A DNA stretch of 64,000 nt from a virus. The stretch spans positions 1 to 64,000 of IMG/VR virus record IMGVR_UViG_3300037222_000084. The stretch is one strand, 5' to 3'. The notes beneath the pieces were generated by a model. The model was not told the DNA's origin. It searched no databases and saw only the letters and a program-made list of their open reading frames with translations. The position numbers and the translations under genes are program-made. Position 1 is the stretch's first letter, and the number at the start of each line of letters is the position of its first letter. Positions 45,899 to 55,372 of the stretch are shown here, piece after piece.

Positions 45899-47782
45899 TT
45901 AGCTAGTAATTACGTCGTCATCCAGCGTAACTGCGGTCTGGGCGTATAATGCGCCATGGACAGTTGCAGTTGTTTGAACTGCAATGTTCGTTTGGCCCAA
46001 GATGACGCCTTCGAAAACTGAGCTAACTCCAAGAGTTACAGCGCCACTCACTTGCCAGAAGATGTTCTGTGGCAGCAATCCGCCAGCCAAAGTTATGTGT
46101 ACAGAAGTGCTAAGGCCTAAAGTGCCAGCTACCTGCATGATATACACGTCGCTTGGTCCACCGTTAAGGGTGAGCGCGGTTGGGATAGTAACACCAGTAG
46201 TCCATTTGTACAGACCAGGGGTAAGCGACAATCCGCCAAGGTTTCCGCCACCAAGATTTGTGTGGTCAGGGCTAGTACGTCCAGCCGCATCAGTATACGC
46301 TGCTTGCATATCGCTAACAGCCGTAGTCAGATTGGATGGAGTAGGTGCCGTGTAATCTGCTGCGAAGATATGGCCAGTAACGTTTGGAGCAGTAGAGAAT
46401 GTTCCGCTACCATCCATAGTTAAAGTAAATCCGGTGATCGCTGTTGCAGCGATTGGGCTGACTGCCATTTGGCCAGTGATTGCTGAACCAGAGGTATCGC
46501 TGATACCAGACTCAGACAAGATTCTGTAGTTTCCAGCGGTAGCCAGATTTACAGCGGCGGGACTGTTGCCAATGACATAAGCTGCGCTTGCGATTGCAGA
46601 ATTTGTGTCACCAGCGTGGACTGCCAATGCTTTGAGAGTTTCGCTAGAAGCTACAGACACAGGGCCTGAGTACAGAGTGCTTCCAGTGGTAGGAGTCGAA
46701 CCGTCAGTAGTGTAGTAAATGGTCGATCCAGCTGTAACCGTAGAAATCGTAACCGATTGTATTCCAAGATATGATCCAGCGACTGGCGACATTGTTGGAG
46801 TTGCAACCGTAATTCCACCAGAAATAACATATGCAACGCTAGAAACGTTCGAGTTCAAGAAACCAGATGCAACCGAGATAGCTTTAACGGTTTCGCTAGA
46901 GCTTACGGAAATTGGTCCCGTATATAGGGTGCTTGCCGTGGTAGGAGTCGATCCATTAGTAGTGTAATAAATAGCGGCACCTACGGTAAGCGAAGAAAGG
47001 CTAACCGTTTGTGAGCTAGAATAAGTTCCAGCTGGAACTGAAGCGGCTGGAGCAGCTGCTTGATTAAGTACTGCGGTAGCTACAGTCGTAACGACTGCGC
47101 CTAACACGGTAGCTGTTAAACCAACAGTATCAGCTGCAATAGCGGCTTGCGTATCAGCAGCGATAGTCGCAGCAGAGTCGCCTGAATTAATAGTGACTTC
47201 GACGCTTACTTGGCCAGGTAGAGTGGGATCTGTGTTTGATCCACCAGTAACATTGTACCAAACTACGTAAGTGTTTGCGTTACCAGCATTGTAAAGAAGA
47301 AAAGATGCGCCAGGACCAGTTGAAGGAAAAAGGCTACCGGCAGGCAAAGTAGACTGTACTTGTTGCCATCCGGTGTTTCCATACGTAGAAACATTCAGAG
47401 AAAAACCAGCAGGCATAGACTGATTCTTTGGCTTGTTAGTGAGTTTGATAGGATTCGGAACAAAAGGAATAAGGTTTCCGATATTACGAGCAGCAAGAGC
47501 GGAAATTCCACCTGCTACGTTGGCTATGAATTCAGCCGCTAAAAGAGCGTTGGAAAAACCGTCTACCATTACTCTAATATCGTGTACGGAAAGGGCTTGT
47601 GTTCCAAGCATAGCTGCCTGGATGTTATCTGCAACTTTTTCATCGCCCATAGCAATGACCAATCGTTTCATGGTATAATGCGACAGTATGGAGCCATTAA
47701 CGACGGCAAGGGCCAATTCGTTGCCAGCGATCTTACTAGTCAGCATGTCTACGAGATCGGCGGTTGTCTTTGTGGTTAGCAT
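45899..47782 (-). CDS. late protein with two chitobiase-C/Fn3-associated Ig-like domains and a C-terminal DUF3494 ice-binding domain
   Basis: IYYTT(N/D)GSTPTT.S twice; AVNL.TAGNY.IL, AVSDMQAAYTDAAGR, LTPGLYKWTTGV, NIFWQVSG, ALYAQTAVTLD. Confidence 0.88.
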   Translation of the reverse strand: MLTTKTTADLVDMLTSKIAGNELALAVVNGSILSHYTMKRLVIAMGDEKVADNIQAAMLGTQALSVHDIRVMVDGFSNALLAAEFIANVAGGISALAARNIGNLIPFVPNPIKLTNKPKNQSMPAGFSLNVSTYGNTGWQQVQSTLPAGSLFPSTGPGASFLLYNAGNANTYVVWYNVTGGSNTDPTLPGQVSVEVTINSGDSAATIAADTQAAIAADTVGLTATVLGAVVTTVATAVLNQAAAPAASVPAGTYSSSQTVSLSSLTVGAAIYYTTNGSTPTTASTLYTGPISVSSSETVKAISVASGFLNSNVSSVAYVISGGITVATPTMSPVAGSYLGIQSVTISTVTAGSTIYYTTDGSTPTTGSTLYSGPVSVASSETLKALAVHAGDTNSAIASAAYVIGNSPAAVNLATAGNYRILSESGISDTSGSAITGQMAVSPIAATAITGFTLTMDGSGTFSTAPNVTGHIFAADYTAPTPSNLTTAVSDMQAAYTDAAGRTSPDHTNLGGGNLGGLSLTPGLYKWTTGVTIPTALTLNGGPSDVYIMQVAGTLGLSTSVHITLAGGLLPQNIFWQVSGAVTLGVSSVFEGVILGQTNIAVQTTATVHGALYAQTAVTLDDDVITS

Positions 47783-47839
47783 TTAAAACTCCTTTAAAAG
47801 AACGTCTATCATTCAACGGTAAAGATTAATACGGGTCAT

Positions 47840-48535
47840 TTACTCTTCTGCTAAATAGCAGATGCTGCCATCTTGCACCACTTCTCTGGTAGCTCGAATA
47901 GGACGCTTGCTGGCTGGGTAATACATTCGATCTAAGCACGAAGCGTTAACAAAAGTGGTAGGACCAACGTATTCGATCCCACGGGCTTCGTGAATATGAC
48001 CAAAAACATGTAATTTCACCTGTGTTTTCAATATCTTATCCATCAAATCTTGGCAACCAGCACGCTCTTTTGGAGTACCGTCAACATAGGAAACAACGTC
48101 TAAGAATCCAGCTGGAGGACCATGCGTAATGAGCAATTCGGTATCATCTGGAATCATGTCCCAGTGACGTTTAATATCGGGTCCACGATCACGGTTAAAG
48201 GCCCAGCTATGAAACCAAGGTTGGACTGGCGAGCCCCAAATCTTGACGCCTTCTAGGTCTACCCCAGAATCGTTCAAAAGAATAATGTTGCGATCTTGGC
48301 ATGCTTCAGCGAGCAACGCAGGAGTGCGCTCAAAACCCCAATCGTGGTTTCCAGGGACTAGTATGGTATAGTCATAGTCCTGTTTTGCATACCAGTCTAA
48401 AAATGTAAGAATTTCAACTTCACTACCACGAAGACTGACATCTCCAGAGTGAATCAAAATATTGCCACCGTCACACTTGAATCTTTCGTGCTGATTATGA
48501 GTATCTGATAGTAGATCTATGATTAATTTTTCCAT
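47840..48535 (-). CDS. metallophosphoesterase
   Basis: SDTH, HSGD, PGNHD, ITHGPP, FGHIHE. Confidence 0.9.
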   Translation of the reverse strand: MEKLIIDLLSDTHNQHERFKCDGGNILIHSGDVSLRGSEVEILTFLDWYAKQDYDYTILVPGNHDWGFERTPALLAEACQDRNIILLNDSGVDLEGVKIWGSPVQPWFHSWAFNRDRGPDIKRHWDMIPDDTELLITHGPPAGFLDVVSYVDGTPKERAGCQDLMDKILKTQVKLHVFGHIHEARGIEYVGPTTFVNASCLDRMYYPASKRPIRATREVVQDGSICYLAEE

Positions 48536-48557
48536 ACCCTGTTATATCACTAAAACG

Positions 48558-48587
48558 AAAAAACCCGCTAAGAAAACCTAGCGGGTT
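48558..48587 (-). terminator. Rho-independent terminator after major capsid gene
   Basis: AACCCGCTA-8-TAGCGGGTT stem followed by T run on the minus strand. Confidence 0.8.
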
Positions 48588-48615
48588 AGAAATTTTACAA
48601 TTTAGAAACTAAGGA

Positions 48616-50016
48616 TTATCCGCCGCCAGGAATCAATTGGCCAGTGATGTTCTCAAGCAACACGTTTTTGCGTGGCTGATACATTGCCAAAGACAAGAAG
48701 CGGAAGTGAGCTTCGGGCAAGCTCAGGTCGTTTACTGCAAGTTTCAGCTTGCTGTAAGGAGCCAATTGAGCGAATCCCATGGTGTTAGCTTGCACCAAGA
48801 AACCAGTGATCGAACCAGGCTGACGATTGCCCAAGTCTGTGAAGACAGGGTTTCCGTTGTTCTGTGCGATACGACCGATAAACTTTGCAGAAGCAGCTGA
48901 ACCATTAGCAGCTGAACGATACACGTTGTAGTACTGAGCATTAGCAGCAGCAGTGATAGTCACTGTCAACTTGTCACCAGCAGCAGCAGCAACACCAGCA
49001 GAAGCGGCAGATGGGAAGCTTTCGCCGCGCATCGAAACCGACGTTACGTAGTATTGATACGTACCAGCAGCTAACAACGAACCAGCAGCACCGGCATCAG
49101 CAACAGCCGGAGCAGCGGGAGCGGCTGGCGAACCAGTCCGTGCGCGTGCAGGGCGTGTTTTGCCAGACAAGAAGCGCGAAGCCTCAAGGCTAACAATTGC
49201 AGACGAGGTCCACTGAGTGCGCAAATGAGCACCAGTAGCTTCTTGAGCCGAACCTGCTAACATAATGCGCTCTTTTGCGTGCGCGATTTTGTTATAAGCC
49301 GACAAGCTGATAGGATCTAAGATCAAACGATCAGCAGCGCCCATGTTCATTGCAGAACGAACAGAGCTATCTTCGATAATACTTTGGGTAAGAGTTCCAC
49401 CGACTGAAAGAACTACAGTTTGGTCTGAGCCAAATTCTGCGAACATCAAGTCCTGTGTGTTGGACTGAGCGTCCGACTGACGAACTTGTTGGTCAACACC
49501 AATCATGTTCGGAACTTTTGCTACGGCGAGAGGATTGCCGTCAAAAACGCCTACGTTAGAGAAATCTGACTGTCCACGGAACGAGTCAAACTCAATGTCA
49601 CCGGCCAATTTCATGGCAGCGTCAGCAGCAGCGCGATCTTCAGCTTTTACACCGTCGAATGCACCGATCATGTTGGACGCGACAGTCACCCGACGAGTCG
49701 TGCTGTAGTATGCCATGGGCACAACTGCACGAACGTAGTTAGACGTGTCTTCTTCACCCACGCCACCTTCGAATTGGGCGGACCCACCGAAAATACCGTA
49801 GTCAAGTTGACGGTTGAATTGATGCAATTGGCTCTTAACATCTTTCGATGGGAGCATTTTTTGCAATTTGATATGGGAATCGTCGAATGTGACGTTCTGC
49901 ATCACGGGCGACATATCCTCGATCATTAAAGCTGCGCCCTGAACTAAGCGATCTGGAGATGCGAGGTACGAACCTGCTTCCAAAGCTTTCATAAGGGACT
50001 GAAGTTGTTCAATCAT
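48616..50016 (-). CDS. major capsid protein (Herelleviridae-like, with Ig-like insertion)
   Basis: LMKALEAG, GAALMIEDM, F.EGG, IEFDSFRG; insertion GTYQYYVT.V...GES.PS; strong terminator. Confidence 0.85.
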   Translation of the reverse strand: MIEQLQSLMKALEAGSYLASPDRLVQGAALMIEDMSPVMQNVTFDDSHIKLQKMLPSKDVKSQLHQFNRQLDYGIFGGSAQFEGGVGEEDTSNYVRAVVPMAYYSTTRRVTVASNMIGAFDGVKAEDRAAADAAMKLAGDIEFDSFRGQSDFSNVGVFDGNPLAVAKVPNMIGVDQQVRQSDAQSNTQDLMFAEFGSDQTVVLSVGGTLTQSIIEDSSVRSAMNMGAADRLILDPISLSAYNKIAHAKERIMLAGSAQEATGAHLRTQWTSSAIVSLEASRFLSGKTRPARARTGSPAAPAAPAVADAGAAGSLLAAGTYQYYVTSVSMRGESFPSAASAGVAAAAGDKLTVTITAAANAQYYNVYRSAANGSAASAKFIGRIAQNNGNPVFTDLGNRQPGSITGFLVQANTMGFAQLAPYSKLKLAVNDLSLPEAHFRFLSLAMYQPRKNVLLENITGQLIPGGG

Positions 50017-50039
50017 TTTGTTCTCCTTTAAACCGCTGC

Positions 50040-51209
50040 TTAGTTCTTAAACAGGTGGCTAATTGTGTTAAAATTCGATCCACCAAGATAGAAAGAGTTG
50101 ATTGCATCTCTGTCCGACTTGGTTAATTTTGAGTAATCTTGCTTCTTCAAAAGTTCAGTAACTTCTGATTTTGAAAGCTCTTTTGATCCTGTGATGTCTT
50201 CACCCTTGGTGATAGTTCCCAGTTCGGTAATGGCTTTACCTTGTGGCACAGTGACTTTGCTAACCAATTTGGCTAGAACTTCAGTTGCCTTGTCGAAACT
50301 TTTCTTGAGTTCCGCGCTAGATGCCTTTTCAGCTTCCAACTCAGATTTCAATAATTCGACTTCTACGTTTCCTTCAGACTTGTGCATTTGAACTGCCTTA
50401 GATGCATCACTAGCAGGTGATTTTGCGCCAGGAATTTTTCCAGGAGCAGCAGCATCTTGTTTGCCACCATTGCGTCTATCGAACTCAGATTTGTTAATCT
50501 TCGCACCGTTAGCAGCACTTGCAGCAGATTTAGCACCCAACGCATTGTGCGGAGGAGCACCTTTAATTCCACCGTTTTTCTTATCGGGGAACATGTTATC
50601 GCCTTTATCTGTAGGCTTAGAATTGATAACGGGATTCTCTTCGCTAAGTTCGCTATGGCCAGGCTTTTCAGACTTGCCCATTTTTTCTGACATTCCCATT
50701 TTCATAGGAGCAGCAGCAGCTTCGGGAGCAGCTTCAGGAGCGGCTTCCATTCCAGGAGCAGCAGGTGCTTGCGCACTCATTGCATCTAGGGCTTGGCGAA
50801 CACAATCGTGGTGAGCCATTAACTCTTCACGCGACATGGAGGCATACATTTGACACATATGAGCCATATCTTCTTCATCATAAGCTCCACCCATGGGTGC
50901 AGCAGCGCCAGGAGCAGCAGGTGCAGCTTCTTGGCCTTCTTCAGGTGCAGCTTCGCCTTCAGCAGGAAAAGCGCCTTCTTCAGGAGCGGCTTCTTCTTCA
51001 GCAGGTGCAGCTTCGCCTTCAGCAGGAGCGGCTTCTTTCGGAGCAGCTTCTTTCTTCTCAGGCGGCTTAGATTCTTTCTTCTCTTTTGGAGGAGCAGACT
51101 CTTCAGCCTTAGCGAGGGAATGTAATTCCTCCGCTTTATTCAAATGGACAGTAAATTCTTTCTCTACTGTCTCAATGAGCTTGGCAAGCTCGATTTCAGT
51201 GTAAGACAT
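50040..51209 (-). CDS. capsid scaffold-like protein
   Basis: Upstream of MCP; Ala/Pro/Glu-rich; many xK-(S/A)E words; GGAGG RBS. Confidence 0.7.
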   Translation of the reverse strand: MSYTEIELAKLIETVEKEFTVHLNKAEELHSLAKAEESAPPKEKKESKPPEKKEAAPKEAAPAEGEAAPAEEEAAPEEGAFPAEGEAAPEEGQEAAPAAPGAAAPMGGAYDEEDMAHMCQMYASMSREELMAHHDCVRQALDAMSAQAPAAPGMEAAPEAAPEAAAAPMKMGMSEKMGKSEKPGHSELSEENPVINSKPTDKGDNMFPDKKNGGIKGAPPHNALGAKSAASAANGAKINKSEFDRRNGGKQDAAAPGKIPGAKSPASDASKAVQMHKSEGNVEVELLKSELEAEKASSAELKKSFDKATEVLAKLVSKVTVPQGKAITELGTITKGEDITGSKELSKSEVTELLKKQDYSKLTKSDRDAINSFYLGGSNFNTISHLFKN

Positions 51210-51235
51210 GTTGTCCTCCTAAGTTGCCTGTTTAA

Positions 51236-51712
51236 TTAGACGGACTTAGTTGGCCAATAAAGAGGTTGAATATCAACAACAGGTGCAGCAGCATTCAGAG
51301 CAGCAGCAGTTGCAGCAGTTCCGTTTGCGATTTCTTTCAATTGGAATTCACAGCCACAAGTTTGTGCTTCAAATTGGATTTGAGCCAAGTCTGCGCGAGC
51401 AGGAAAGGGGCCTGGAACCAATGACAGTTCATAACCGAGTTGCAGCAAATGTGGAGCATATGCGAAAGTTTGGTTGCCGAAAATGTCTTTCGAAACCATG
51501 TCAACGTTCGAGATTTCAATAACAACTACTGGTTGACCAGCAGCGACGTTGGTGCCGTGCGAAATGGTCAGAACCGGCCACGATGCGCCATTAGCGTCTA
51601 CGTAAAAAGACTCAGTAACCGTGTTAAGGCCAGCTGCGTTAGCGTTCAAGCGAACGTTCAAGCGGTCAGCGAGATCTCGGATAAGTGCCAGGGCTTTTGC
51701 GTTTGAATACAT
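51236..51712 (-). CDS. virion protein (first gene of capsid operon)
   Basis: AAGGAG RBS; late motif upstream. Confidence 0.6.
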   Translation of the reverse strand: MYSNAKALALIRDLADRLNVRLNANAAGLNTVTESFYVDANGASWPVLTISHGTNVAAGQPVVVIEISNVDMVSKDIFGNQTFAYAPHLLQLGYELSLVPGPFPARADLAQIQFEAQTCGCEFQLKEIANGTAATAAALNAAAPVVDIQPLYWPTKSV

Positions 51713-51879
51713 TTGGGATTCTCCTTTGTTTTTACGTAGAAAGTGCCGTTCATTAAGGACCGGCTAAGTGTTCGTAACTTCTAAAAGATTTTCACTCCCG
51801 AAAAAAGTGCCTTATTTCAGGTACTTAGAGGGTAAAAGCTGCCAAAACCGGATTTTGACCTACCTTTTTTACACATAAG

Positions 51880-51889
51880 ACAATCTTTA
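51880..51889 (+). promoter_or_regulatory. Putative late promoter motif ACAATCTTTA (one of about 11 copies)
   Basis: AATCTT(T/A) core also sense-oriented upstream of minus-strand genes at 25493, 32443, 33041, 36322, 36419, 41309, 45357, 47820, 51782, 60322. Confidence 0.7.
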
Positions 51890-51914
51890 GTGATATACGC
51901 TATATGGAGTTAAA

Positions 51915-53900
51915 TTGGGCACATATGTAGATGGAATAGGCGCAAGCCAAAATATAGACAGTAGCGGCGAGATCGTTGACATCTCAGGATTGGACATTTC
52001 CAGCCTAGAAGTCGATGGTTCATTGAACTGGGAACACAAAAAAGACCTGCCAGATCAACTAGTTGGCAAGATTCTCAAGGCCAAAAAGATCTTCTCTGAT
52101 AAAGACTGTGAAGACGACCGACAGAAATATTTCTGGGAAAAGTGCAAAGTTCCGTATCTATATGTATTAGGCGAACTGTTCGACGATTACACCGATTCTG
52201 CCCGCACCGTTGCTGGTTTGTTTCGATATGACCTAGACCATCGTGGCAAAAACGCTAAGGATGTCGTGGGTTTCTCTGTCGAAGGTGCCACTATACACAA
52301 AAACGGCAATACCATCACTCGCTCCATAGCACGCAAAATTACCTGTACGTCGCTACCCTGCAATAAACAGGCTGTGGCTGAAATGGTCCCTAAAGAGGGT
52401 AAAAAGCCAAAAGACAACTTGAGTAATATTTTCAAAACTGAGAGCTACGTCGAAATCGAGGTAGTGAACCTTCCTAAGCAGCCAAATCTGTGGGAAATGT
52501 TAAAAACTGAGTCTTTGATGAAAAGGGCAAAAGCCATGTTCGCCAAACCAGTCAAGAAAGACGAAGCTGCCCTGACTTCTGGTGCCGGAACTTCCATGGC
52601 ATTAGGCGGCGGCGCTCCATCGTCTCCATCGCTGTCGTGTTCAGAACCAGATATGGCTAAGGCTTTGAAGGTAGCAAGTCCACTTGGCACGCATTTAGGG
52701 AATACTACTAGCGGTAAACCAGTACACAGCCACGCGCAAGTTGGTCAAACGGGTTTTTCAGCAGAAGAACATGGCGAAGCCGCACAACTTCATCAAAAGG
52801 CTGGTGCCGCAAGCCCATCAATGTTTCAGCATCACAAAGGCAAAGCTGATCTACACAACTCTGCCGCCGTTAGAATGAAAGACGTTGCTATTAAGAGACA
52901 GGCAGCTGCTAAGAAAAATACTATGGTTGCTGGACCTAGTGGCGGCGCTCCAAATAAATTGTTCAATCCGAGAACCAGTGGTACTATAAATTATAAGAAA
53001 TCGGAAACGTTGCAACCTGGCGAAAAAGGCAATAGCGTAACGGCTAACCAAAAACAGGAACGTGATCGTAGGGCTCAAGAGGCATATCCTAATAGCAGTA
53101 AGCGTAATTTTGACAAACACGTAGTCAACCATAGCGAGTCGAATCCTTCAAACCAAAAACGTGCGAGCATTCCAAATCAGCAAACTGCTCCTTCTGCTAA
53201 AGAAGCCGGTGGACCAAGCAATAACATGCTGCACAACAATATTTTGGCACCAAAACGCACTATGCATAAAGCCGCAGGCGGTGCTGGCGGCGGACTTGGT
53301 GGTGGCGGTATTTCTGCTGGAGTATCTAGCATGACTACTGTTCAAGCTCCAACGGTTCCTAATCCTAAGCCAAAGACCGTTATGCCAGTTGGTAAAATCA
53401 CGAAAGCACTCGAAGCCGGTTCTAGTCTGACTTCGCCTGCTAATCTATCAGGAGGCGCTGCTTTGGGTAAAGAAAGTCTTGAAAAGTGTAACTGTAATAT
53501 GGCTAAATGCGCTTCTTGTGGTCCAAAATTGGCCAAGGGCGGACAGTTCTCTGGTAACGTTCCCAAAGATGCTAAGATTAAAGATTTGCAGCATAAAATT
53601 GATAGTGGCACGTATAAGCCTGACGCTAAAAAGATAGGCGAGAGCATGTTGAATCATCCTAGCAAACCCCTAAAAGGCACTAAGGTGCAAAAGTCTGAAA
53701 TGCTGCAACGCGCAGAGTCAGAATATGCTTCATGGGAAAAACGTGAAGAATTTGAAAGTTTTATGAAGTCTCGTATGCCGCATATGACCAAGGGCGAAAT
53801 CGTCGCATTTGGCCAGGCTATGATTTTGAACAAATCGTTTAAGATGGAAAAGTCCTTGAATGGTCTTCTTGGCCTGTTGAAAGAAGAACCTAAAAAATAA
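51915..53900 (+). CDS. prohead protease with long C-terminal extension
   Basis: DSSGEIV...G.D, LNWEH, VGKI, GFSVEG, T..PCNK (HK97-type protease); TTG start with GGAG RBS. Confidence 0.8.
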   Translation: MGTYVDGIGASQNIDSSGEIVDISGLDISSLEVDGSLNWEHKKDLPDQLVGKILKAKKIFSDKDCEDDRQKYFWEKCKVPYLYVLGELFDDYTDSARTVAGLFRYDLDHRGKNAKDVVGFSVEGATIHKNGNTITRSIARKITCTSLPCNKQAVAEMVPKEGKKPKDNLSNIFKTESYVEIEVVNLPKQPNLWEMLKTESLMKRAKAMFAKPVKKDEAALTSGAGTSMALGGGAPSSPSLSCSEPDMAKALKVASPLGTHLGNTTSGKPVHSHAQVGQTGFSAEEHGEAAQLHQKAGAASPSMFQHHKGKADLHNSAAVRMKDVAIKRQAAAKKNTMVAGPSGGAPNKLFNPRTSGTINYKKSETLQPGEKGNSVTANQKQERDRRAQEAYPNSSKRNFDKHVVNHSESNPSNQKRASIPNQQTAPSAKEAGGPSNNMLHNNILAPKRTMHKAAGGAGGGLGGGGISAGVSSMTTVQAPTVPNPKPKTVMPVGKITKALEAGSSLTSPANLSGGAALGKESLEKCNCNMAKCASCGPKLAKGGQFSGNVPKDAKIKDLQHKIDSGTYKPDAKKIGESMLNHPSKPLKGTKVQKSEMLQRAESEYASWEKREEFESFMKSRMPHMTKGEIVAFGQAMILNKSFKMEKSLNGLLGLLKEEPKK

Positions 53901-53903
53901 GTG

Positions 53904-53931
53904 TTGCTAAAAGCCAATTGTATGTTATATT
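53904..53931 (+). promoter_or_regulatory. sigma70-like promoter
   Basis: TTGCTA-16-TATATT with TG extension. Confidence 0.5.
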
Positions 53932-53937
53932 GGCTTT

Positions 53938-54022
53938 AGTGCAGTTTAACCTCTGTACTCTGGGATGACTCGTAGGTGAGTGGAAGACCAGTAAATCGAG
54001 AGTAATAACTTGCACTCAGAGG
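53938..54022 (+). ncRNA. structured 5' leader (candidate cis-regulatory RNA)
   Basis: AGTGCA/TGCACT, TACTCT/AGAGTA, ACTC/GAGT helices; CCTCTG complementary to CAGAGG at the RBS. Confidence 0.45.
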
Positions 54023-54026
54023 ACAC

Positions 54027-54605
54027 ATGGACTTAAATCTCCGCAAAGCACGCAAACTTGAAGCAAAAATCTTAGCATATGCCAATGCTATGTCCCTTTC
54101 ATCTGCCGTAAAAGTACGCATCATGGCAAGTGAATCAGAACGCTCAGACGCACTTTCTGCCGGTCGCTCAAAATTCCTATCCGACGTTTCCACCCAAAAA
54201 TCCCTTATTTTAGCCCGTTTCAATATTCGCCAAGCTATCTCTGACGCTAACCAAGCTGTAGGGATCAATGCTTTAATCAATAAGCGCGAAGGCATTCAAG
54301 CACTCCTAGAAAAGTCAACTGGTACGGTTGACGCATTGGACTATAAAGAGGCCACAGATTTAGCCGATGCCAAGAAACGCTCTCTTGAAAACGGCGACTC
54401 CAGCCGTGCATACGGCGAGACTTCGGTCACTTTTAGTCTACCAGTCGCACTCGTCCACGACGTAGCTGGTTTCAAAGCACACGAATTGGCTTTAAAACGA
54501 CAGCTTGAAGAAACAGAAGACGAATTGTCACAAAAGAACCTGGGAGCGAAAGTTACGCTTCCTGCTGATACCGTTAAATTGCTCCAGTCCGTTGGATTGC
54601 TGTAG
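54027..54605 (+). CDS. coiled-coil hypothetical protein
   Basis: GAGGA RBS; LNLRKARKLE, IR.AI..AN, L...N...KV.L. Confidence 0.7.
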   Translation: MDLNLRKARKLEAKILAYANAMSLSSAVKVRIMASESERSDALSAGRSKFLSDVSTQKSLILARFNIRQAISDANQAVGINALINKREGIQALLEKSTGTVDALDYKEATDLADAKKRSLENGDSSRAYGETSVTFSLPVALVHDVAGFKAHELALKRQLEETEDELSQKNLGAKVTLPADTVKLLQSVGLL

Positions 54606-54632
54606 TAGCGATCCTGTCATAGTGCTGGAGCT

Positions 54633-54820
54633 AGTGAAGTGAAAGGGCATTACTACATGGCTGACTCAACCACCCAGTAGAGTCAAACCTGTTTTGTCAT
54701 TCTCCCGATATAGCGCCTGCCAAGGTGCATTGTTACATTATCGGTATTGTAGAGGATTTATACAGGGCGTTATTTGGGGATTGATTTTTATACATTGTTC
54801 GCCCAATCCTTCACTTTTTT
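54633..54820 (+). ncRNA. candidate structured RNA
   Basis: Closing helix AGTGAAG/CTTCACT plus U-run; inner helices TGACTC/GAGTCA, CCGATA/TATCGG, GCGCCT/AGGTGC, GGGCG/CGCCC. Confidence 0.5.
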
Positions 54821-54829
54821 GGATATAAA

Positions 54830-55372
54830 ATGAAACTGATTCCTTTTAGAACAAACAATTACACGTCGGATACCCACTTCGCAGTAGACGATGACGACTT
54901 TGACTTGGTTTCAAAATCCCAATGGCGCTGCAAGTGTAATACTGGCTCGAACCATGTCACTCCGCAATACCACGTATCCAGAAAAGCTACGGCTGAAGAA
55001 AAGAAAAACGGAGCGCCAACAGAAATATCTTTGCATCGTTTTGTGATGGGCGTAGGATTAAAATATGCCAAAAAAGATGAAGAGGTTGACCACATCAACA
55101 GAAACCAGTTCGACAATACAAAGGCAAATCTCAGAATCTGTACCAGGCATACGAATCAAAGGAATAAAGGCAATAATTCTAGAGTGGGATTTGGCCTGTG
55201 GGGAGCTACTTTCAATAAAGCTCTGAAAAGAGATAAAAAATGGCAAGCTAATTTCCACATAAAAGGGAAAACCTATATGGTAGGGTATTTTGCCACAGAA
55301 AAAGAAGCCCATGAACGTGCCGCTACGCGTTATGAAGAAATTACAGGAAACAAGCCTCGAATAACTTTGTAG
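54830..55372 (+). CDS. HNH endonuclease with AP2-like C-terminal domain
   Basis: VDDDDF, LHRFVM, VDHINRN..DN...NLR.CT...N..N, W.A......VGYF.TEKEA. Confidence 0.88.
   Translation: MKLIPFRTNNYTSDTHFAVDDDDFDLVSKSQWRCKCNTGSNHVTPQYHVSRKATAEEKKNGAPTEISLHRFVMGVGLKYAKKDEEVDHINRNQFDNTKANLRICTRHTNQRNKGNNSRVGFGLWGATFNKALKRDKKWQANFHIKGKTYMVGYFATEKEAHERAATRYEEITGNKPRITL

Noticed and set aside
50700-51060. GCAGGTGCAGCTTC-type repeats
   Set aside because: Explained by low-complexity EAAPAEG protein repeats in the scaffold
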